NCBI GenBank assembly: GCA_963696385.1
Contig: CAVOKF010000007.1
Location: 704,001 to 768,000 of the forward strand
Length of the DNA: 64,000 nucleotides
Origin: an uncultured delta proteobacterium
GTDB taxonomy: Bacteria > Myxococcota_A > Polyangia > Polyangiales > Polyangiaceae
Direction of reading: 5' to 3'
Part shown: one piece after another, positions 59,308 to 64,000 of the stretch
Numbering within the stretch: the stretch's first letter is position 1
Layout of the letters: the number at the start of each line of letters is the position of its first letter
Made by a program: the position numbers and the translations under genes
Notes under the pieces: model-generated
The model's input: the letters and a program-made list of their open reading frames with translations, nothing else
Database searches by the model: none
Told to the model about the DNA's origin: nothing

Positions 59308-60720
59308 TCACGAGGGATCGGGCGAGGGGGGCGGAGGGCGCGTGCTCCGACGCAGGCCGCTGACATCGCGGCTCAGCGTCAGGCGAAAACTCGCCCCGCC
59401 CGAATCCGACCGCTCGACGCGCAGCGTGACCCCCATGGGCGCGTGGTCTTCGACGATGCGCCGCACGACCGCCAGACCGATCCCAGCGCCGTGCGTTCGC
59501 GTCGTGAAGAACTCGTCGAAAATGCGATCTGCAGTGGCATCGGGAATTCCGGGCCCCTGGTCGTCGACCCCCAGCATGACCTCGCGTTCGCGAACGCGCA
59601 GCCACACCGTCACCGTCGAACCAGCCGAAGTCGCCTCCATGGCATTTCGGACGAGGTTCCAGAGCACTTGCCGCATCTGGGACCCGTCGCACCGTGCCCG
59701 GGTCTCTTCGTCAGGGCCGTCGTAGAGCACCCGCACGTCCACGCCGCGCGAAGCGTTCGTCGCGAGCGCCACCACTTCGCGGGCGAGCGCGCCGATGTCC
59801 GTCGATTCGGCGGTGGGCGGGCGAGGCCTCGAAAGGTCGACCATGTCGCCCACCAGATCGTTGAGGCGGATGGCTTCACGTTTGACGATGTCGCACAAAA
59901 GTCGGTCCTCGTCGGACAGTGCCGACGAGTCGCGAAGCATCTCGATCGAGCCGGTAATCGACCCCAGCGGATTGCGAATTTCGTGCGCGAGTCCTGCGGC
60001 GATCCGGCCGAGCACCGCCAGACGTTCGGCGTCGTTCGCGCGTCGCGTCGCAACCTGCAGAGCCCCCCCCGTCAGTCGCAAGCGCTCCGCCAGATAGCCC
60101 GCCAGCAGGGCGACGACCGCAACACCGAGCGCGTTGATGAGCACGGGGAAAATCAGGTCGCTTGCGCTCGCCGCGTAGCTGGCCGGCGCTTGGTCCGGTG
60201 GAGCGAGCACCCAGCCGAAGTGAAACGCTGCGCACAGCAGCGCATACATTCCAATGCCGAGCGCGGCCGCGACGAGAGCGCCGCGTACGCCCACGAGAAT
60301 GGCCCCCACGAGACAGGTCAAGGCGTAGAGCGACGTCGCGCCGCTCGACGCGCCCCCGGTCACGTACACGATGGCGGTGCTCGTCACCTGATCGAGCGCG
60401 ATCTGGGCCCATGCGACGCCGAGCAGGTGTCTCGATCGCCGTAGCGTCGCCGCATAGATCGCGGCGAGCGCGAAGCCGGCGGCGATCGTCACGAAAACGA
60501 CGCGCAGACTGAACGGATAAAGCGTGAGCGCTCCGCGCAGATACAGCGTGGCCGTCGCGCCGAGCAGCAGGAGCAAAAACGCAAGGCGAAGACCGGTGAC
60601 CCACGCGAGCCTCGTCGCGAGACTGTGATCGGGTGGGCGGTTGCTCGACGACTTGCTCTTGACCGAACCATCGTGCGCCTGCGGCCGCAAGGCGGCGGAG
60701 CGGCTGGCAGGCGCCCTCAT
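59308..60720 (-). CDS. pilS: PilS-like sensor histidine kinase
   Basis: Multi-TM N-terminus (DQ..TAIVYVTGG..S..LY); AHEIRNPL, NLVRNA, DQGPGI, FFTT, GIGL; directly after pilC. Confidence 0.88.
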   Translation of the reverse strand: MRAPASRSAALRPQAHDGSVKSKSSSNRPPDHSLATRLAWVTGLRLAFLLLLLGATATLYLRGALTLYPFSLRVVFVTIAAGFALAAIYAATLRRSRHLLGVAWAQIALDQVTSTAIVYVTGGASSGATSLYALTCLVGAILVGVRGALVAAALGIGMYALLCAAFHFGWVLAPPDQAPASYAASASDLIFPVLINALGVAVVALLAGYLAERLRLTGGALQVATRRANDAERLAVLGRIAAGLAHEIRNPLGSITGSIEMLRDSSALSDEDRLLCDIVKREAIRLNDLVGDMVDLSRPRPPTAESTDIGALAREVVALATNASRGVDVRVLYDGPDEETRARCDGSQMRQVLWNLVRNAMEATSAGSTVTVWLRVREREVMLGVDDQGPGIPDATADRIFDEFFTTRTHGAGIGLAVVRRIVEDHAPMGVTLRVERSDSGGASFRLTLSRDVSGLRRSTRPPPPSPDPS

Positions 60721-60724
60721 GGAT

Positions 60725-61936
60725 CTAGTCGGCTTTGATTTTACCCGCGATCGCGAAGATCGGCAGGTACATCGCGATGAGCACGACGCCGACCGTTCCG
60801 CCGATGCCGACCATCAGCAGCGGTTCGATGAGGCTCGTCAACGCCGAGACGGCCACATCGACTTCCTCTTCGTAAAAATCGGCGATCTTGTTGAGCATCG
60901 CATCGAGGGCGCCCGTCTGCTCGCCGACGCCGACCATCTGCACGACCATCGTGGGAAACACGGCCGTCTCGAGCAGCGGCTGCGCCATCGTCTTGCCCTC
61001 CGAGATCCGAAGCCGGGCGTACATGATCGCTTCTTCGACAATGACGTTGCCGGCCGTCTTGGCGACGATTTCCAAGGCGTCCAAAATGGGCACGCCCGAA
61101 GACAGCAGCGTGCCGAGCGTCCGGGTGAAACGAGCCACGGCGATCTTTCTCAGCACGTCACCGACGACCGGCAGGCGCAGCAGCCACTTGTGGACGGTCT
61201 TTTTTCCCTTCGGCGTTCGATAGAAGTAGATGAAGCCGAACACCAGTCCGGCAAGCCCCAGTAGAATGAACGGCCCGTTGCTGATGAACCCGCTCGAGAC
61301 GGCCATGACCATCTTCGTGAGCGCCGGCAGCTCGTCCTTCGCGCCGAAGTCCTTGAACATGGTCTGGAATCCGGGGATGACGAAGATCAGCAAGATCGAC
61401 AAAACGGCGAAGAAGACGATGATGACCACGCTCGGGTAGGCCATGGCGCCGCGCACTTGTCGGCGCAATTTCATGGCCTTCTCGATGTAGACCGCCAAGC
61501 GGTTCAGAATCGTATCGAGGATGCCGCCGACTTCGCCCGCTTGGACCAGGTTCACGTAAAGGTGATCGAACACCTTGGGATGACGCCGGAGCGAGTCGCT
61601 GAACGTCGCACCCTGCTCGACGCTGGCTTTGACGTCCCGCAATATGACGCCGAATGCCTTGTTGTCGGTTTGGCCCTGCAGAATGTCCAGACACTGGACG
61701 ATCGGCAGACCGGCGTCGATCATCGTCGCGAACAGGCGGGTGAACGTAACGAGATCCTTCGGGCCGACGCCCGTTCCAAAGCGGAACGAGAACTCCTTGG
61801 CCTTTTTCTTCACCTTCGTGGGCTGGAGCTGCTGCGAACGCAGCCGTTGATTGACCGCGTCCTCGGACTCGGCGTCCATGGAGCCTTTGCGCACTTCCCC
61901 CGTGCGCGCTCGCGCTTCCCATACGAATTCGGCCAC
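60725..61936 (-). CDS. pilC: type IV pilus platform protein PilC (GspF family)
   Basis: FTRLFATMIDAGLPI, AGEVGGILD, AMAYP, LSSGVPIL, GEQTGALD, IEP, YLPIF. Confidence 0.95.
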   Translation of the reverse strand: MAEFVWEARARTGEVRKGSMDAESEDAVNQRLRSQQLQPTKVKKKAKEFSFRFGTGVGPKDLVTFTRLFATMIDAGLPIVQCLDILQGQTDNKAFGVILRDVKASVEQGATFSDSLRRHPKVFDHLYVNLVQAGEVGGILDTILNRLAVYIEKAMKLRRQVRGAMAYPSVVIIVFFAVLSILLIFVIPGFQTMFKDFGAKDELPALTKMVMAVSSGFISNGPFILLGLAGLVFGFIYFYRTPKGKKTVHKWLLRLPVVGDVLRKIAVARFTRTLGTLLSSGVPILDALEIVAKTAGNVIVEEAIMYARLRISEGKTMAQPLLETAVFPTMVVQMVGVGEQTGALDAMLNKIADFYEEEVDVAVSALTSLIEPLLMVGIGGTVGVVLIAMYLPIFAIAGKIKAD

Positions 61937-62099
61937 GATTTGTCGCTTTGAACAACAAGTGTACAGGTCGCGCAAGCAAGGGGTCAAAGACTCTTCGCGA
62001 CCCGGCGCGCGCCAAACGTGAGCGCCGGTGTGCATTGCCCCCGCCCCACCCGAGCGTGCCGCACCCGCGCAACTTCTGCTGATAAGCTCCGAGTCCGCC

Positions 62100-63884
62100 G
62101 TGCCCCATCGAAAGTCGTCGCTTCGACCGCGCGCAGGCGCTCCAGCCGCGTTCCCATTGTGCGTCGCACTCCGGAGGTCGTTCGCGCAGGGGTACTCGTT
62201 GGAGCGCTTCCGAAAGGACGCGCTGGCGGGCGTCGTCGTCGGGATCGTGGCGCTGCCGCTGTCGATGGCCCTCGCCATCGCGGTCGGGGTGGAACCGCAG
62301 CGCGGTTTGTACACGGCAATCATCGCAGGGGCCGTCGTCGCGCTGACGGGCGGATCCAAGCACCAAGTGACCGGGCCGACCGCAGCGTTCATCGTCATCC
62401 TGGCGCCCATCGTCTCCAAGTTCGGCGTTTCCGGTCTGCTCACCGCCGGGCTGATGGCTGGGTTTCTCCTCATCGTCATGGGTGCGATGCGCATGGGTCG
62501 GCTGATCGAGTTCATTCCGCACCCCGTGACGACCGGATTCACGTTGGGGATCGCGACCGTCATCGCCACGCTGCAGGTCAAAGACGTGCTCGGACTGCCG
62601 GTCTCGAAGCTACCCGACGCCTATGTCGAGAAAATCGCGACGATGTGGGCGGTGCGCCACGGCGCGTCGGCCGCGGAGTTCGTCGTCGCCGCCGCGACGC
62701 TCGGGTTGCTCATCCTCTGGCCACGGGTGGCGCGTTCGATCCCGGCTCCCCTGGTCGCCATCGTCGGTGTGACGCTGGCGACAACCCTGGCCACACACCT
62801 GTGGCCCGCATTTCACGTCGTGACCATCGGCTCGCGGTTCCACTCCTTGGTCAATGGCCACGAGTTCGCGGGCATCCCGCCGGTCCCGCCGATGCCCATG
62901 CTGCCGTGGGGGTCGGGCGGAATGTCGATCGGCACGGCGCGCGATCTCGTCTCGCCTGCACTCGCGATCGCGATGCTCGGCGCCATCGAAAGTCTGCTCT
63001 CCGCCGTGATCGCCGACGCGATGACGGGCAAAAAGCACGATCCCAACGCCGAGCTCGTCGGCCTGGGCATCGGCAACGTGATCACGCCGTTTTTCGGTGG
63101 AATTGCAGCAACGGGCGCGCTCGCGCGAACGGCCACGAACGTCCGCGCGGGCGCGACTTCGCCGATCGCCGCGGTGGTGCACGCGTTGACCGTTCTCTTG
63201 GCCGTGCTGATCGCCGCACCGCTCGTCGCTTATGTACCGATGGCCGCACTCGCGGCGCTCCTTCTCCTCATCGCCTGGAACATGAGCGACGCTCGGCACG
63301 TCGTGCACATGCTGCGGGTCGCGCCGGGCAGCGACGTCGCCGTGCTCCTGACGTGCTTCGCCCTGACGGTCGTCTTCGACATGGTCGTTGCGATCGGAGT
63401 GGGGGTCGTCCTCGCAGCGCTGCTGTTCATGCAGCGCATGTCCGAGCTCACGAGTTCGCGCTTGGTCGCCGCGTCTTCCGAGCAAGACCGTGCCCTCGCC
63501 GTGCCGGCTGGTGTCAGCATGTACGAGATCGCGGGGCCGTTGTTCTTCGGCGCCGCGCAGCGAGCGATGAGCGCCATCGAAACGGTGGGAGGCGGCGCGC
63601 GCGTCATCGTGCTTGCGCTCGGCGCGGTCCCGACGATCGACGCCACCGGCCTCGTTGCGCTCGAGAGCGCTCTCGCGAGGCTGCATCACGCGAAGAAGAT
63701 CGTCGTCATCGCCGGGCCATTGCCCGAACCGAGGCGCGTGTTCGACAAGGCGAACCTCGAAACAGGTCACGGTCACGTCTTTCTGGCGGCCACGATCGAG
63801 GAGGGCCTTCGGCTCGCGCAGGACCTCATTCTTCTGACGCCCGCCGGTGCCGACGCGCTGACCCCACCGGTCGGCGAAGCGTGA
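62100..63884 (+). CDS. SulP-family transporter with STAS domain (DauA-like)
   Basis: DALAGVVVGIVALPLSMALAI, GPTAAF, ATGALART, GPLFFG, IDATG; start uncertain. Confidence 0.93.
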   Translation: MPHRKSSLRPRAGAPAAFPLCVALRRSFAQGYSLERFRKDALAGVVVGIVALPLSMALAIAVGVEPQRGLYTAIIAGAVVALTGGSKHQVTGPTAAFIVILAPIVSKFGVSGLLTAGLMAGFLLIVMGAMRMGRLIEFIPHPVTTGFTLGIATVIATLQVKDVLGLPVSKLPDAYVEKIATMWAVRHGASAAEFVVAAATLGLLILWPRVARSIPAPLVAIVGVTLATTLATHLWPAFHVVTIGSRFHSLVNGHEFAGIPPVPPMPMLPWGSGGMSIGTARDLVSPALAIAMLGAIESLLSAVIADAMTGKKHDPNAELVGLGIGNVITPFFGGIAATGALARTATNVRAGATSPIAAVVHALTVLLAVLIAAPLVAYVPMAALAALLLLIAWNMSDARHVVHMLRVAPGSDVAVLLTCFALTVVFDMVVAIGVGVVLAALLFMQRMSELTSSRLVAASSEQDRALAVPAGVSMYEIAGPLFFGAAQRAMSAIETVGGGARVIVLALGAVPTIDATGLVALESALARLHHAKKIVVIAGPLPEPRRVFDKANLETGHGHVFLAATIEEGLRLAQDLILLTPAGADALTPPVGEA

Positions 63885-64000
63885 TCGGGTTCGGCCGCCG
63901 TCACGAGGCGGCGAGTGTCCGTGGCGGAATCCCCGAAAGTGGGGGGGGCATGCCGCTCTCGGGAGCGCCGGCGACGAACTGTGCTCGCAGCGCAAGGTGC

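Noticed and set aside
61937..62581. N-terminal extension of PilC
   Set aside because: It is antisense to the SulP gene; PilC homology begins at GTG 61936 (AEFVWEA).

Overview
A very GC-rich bacterial chromosomal segment. The gene content points to Myxococcota, most likely a Sorangium/Polyangium-like lineage (inference): MglA-like GTPase, CdnL/CarD, pilC-pilS, REC-Ser/Thr kinase fusion, TonB-fused receptor and many Cys-rich lipoproteins. It holds about 50 CDS and one tRNA-His(GTG). Housekeeping genes (kup, metB/metC-type lyase, yajC-secD-secF-recJ-mlaF-mlaD, phoH, ihfB-tyrS, bcp, mlaC, pilC/pilS, sulP) alternate with many uncharacterised exported proteins. I saw no integrase, transposase, CRISPR array or rRNA. 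At least five genes (MFS, 16153 paralog, mlaD, yajC, phoH) carry single-base indels, mostly in short base runs, which suggests long-read assembly errors. The most interesting unexplained modules are: (i) an Omp85/BamA-family barrel coupled to a lipoprotein with atypical (HipA/PI3K-like) kinase motifs, next to a PAP2 phosphatase; (ii) an outward-facing pair of paralogous Lys/Ala-rich tandem-domain proteins with identically spaced promoter motifs, flanking a YXWGXW lipoprotein and a motif-dense intergenic region beside tRNA-His; (iii) a ~1580-aa lipoprotein with 10+10 eight-Cys repeats; (iv) a D-[AG]-[GS] motif recurring across unrelated exported proteins. All functional calls come from motif recognition by eye, with no database searches.
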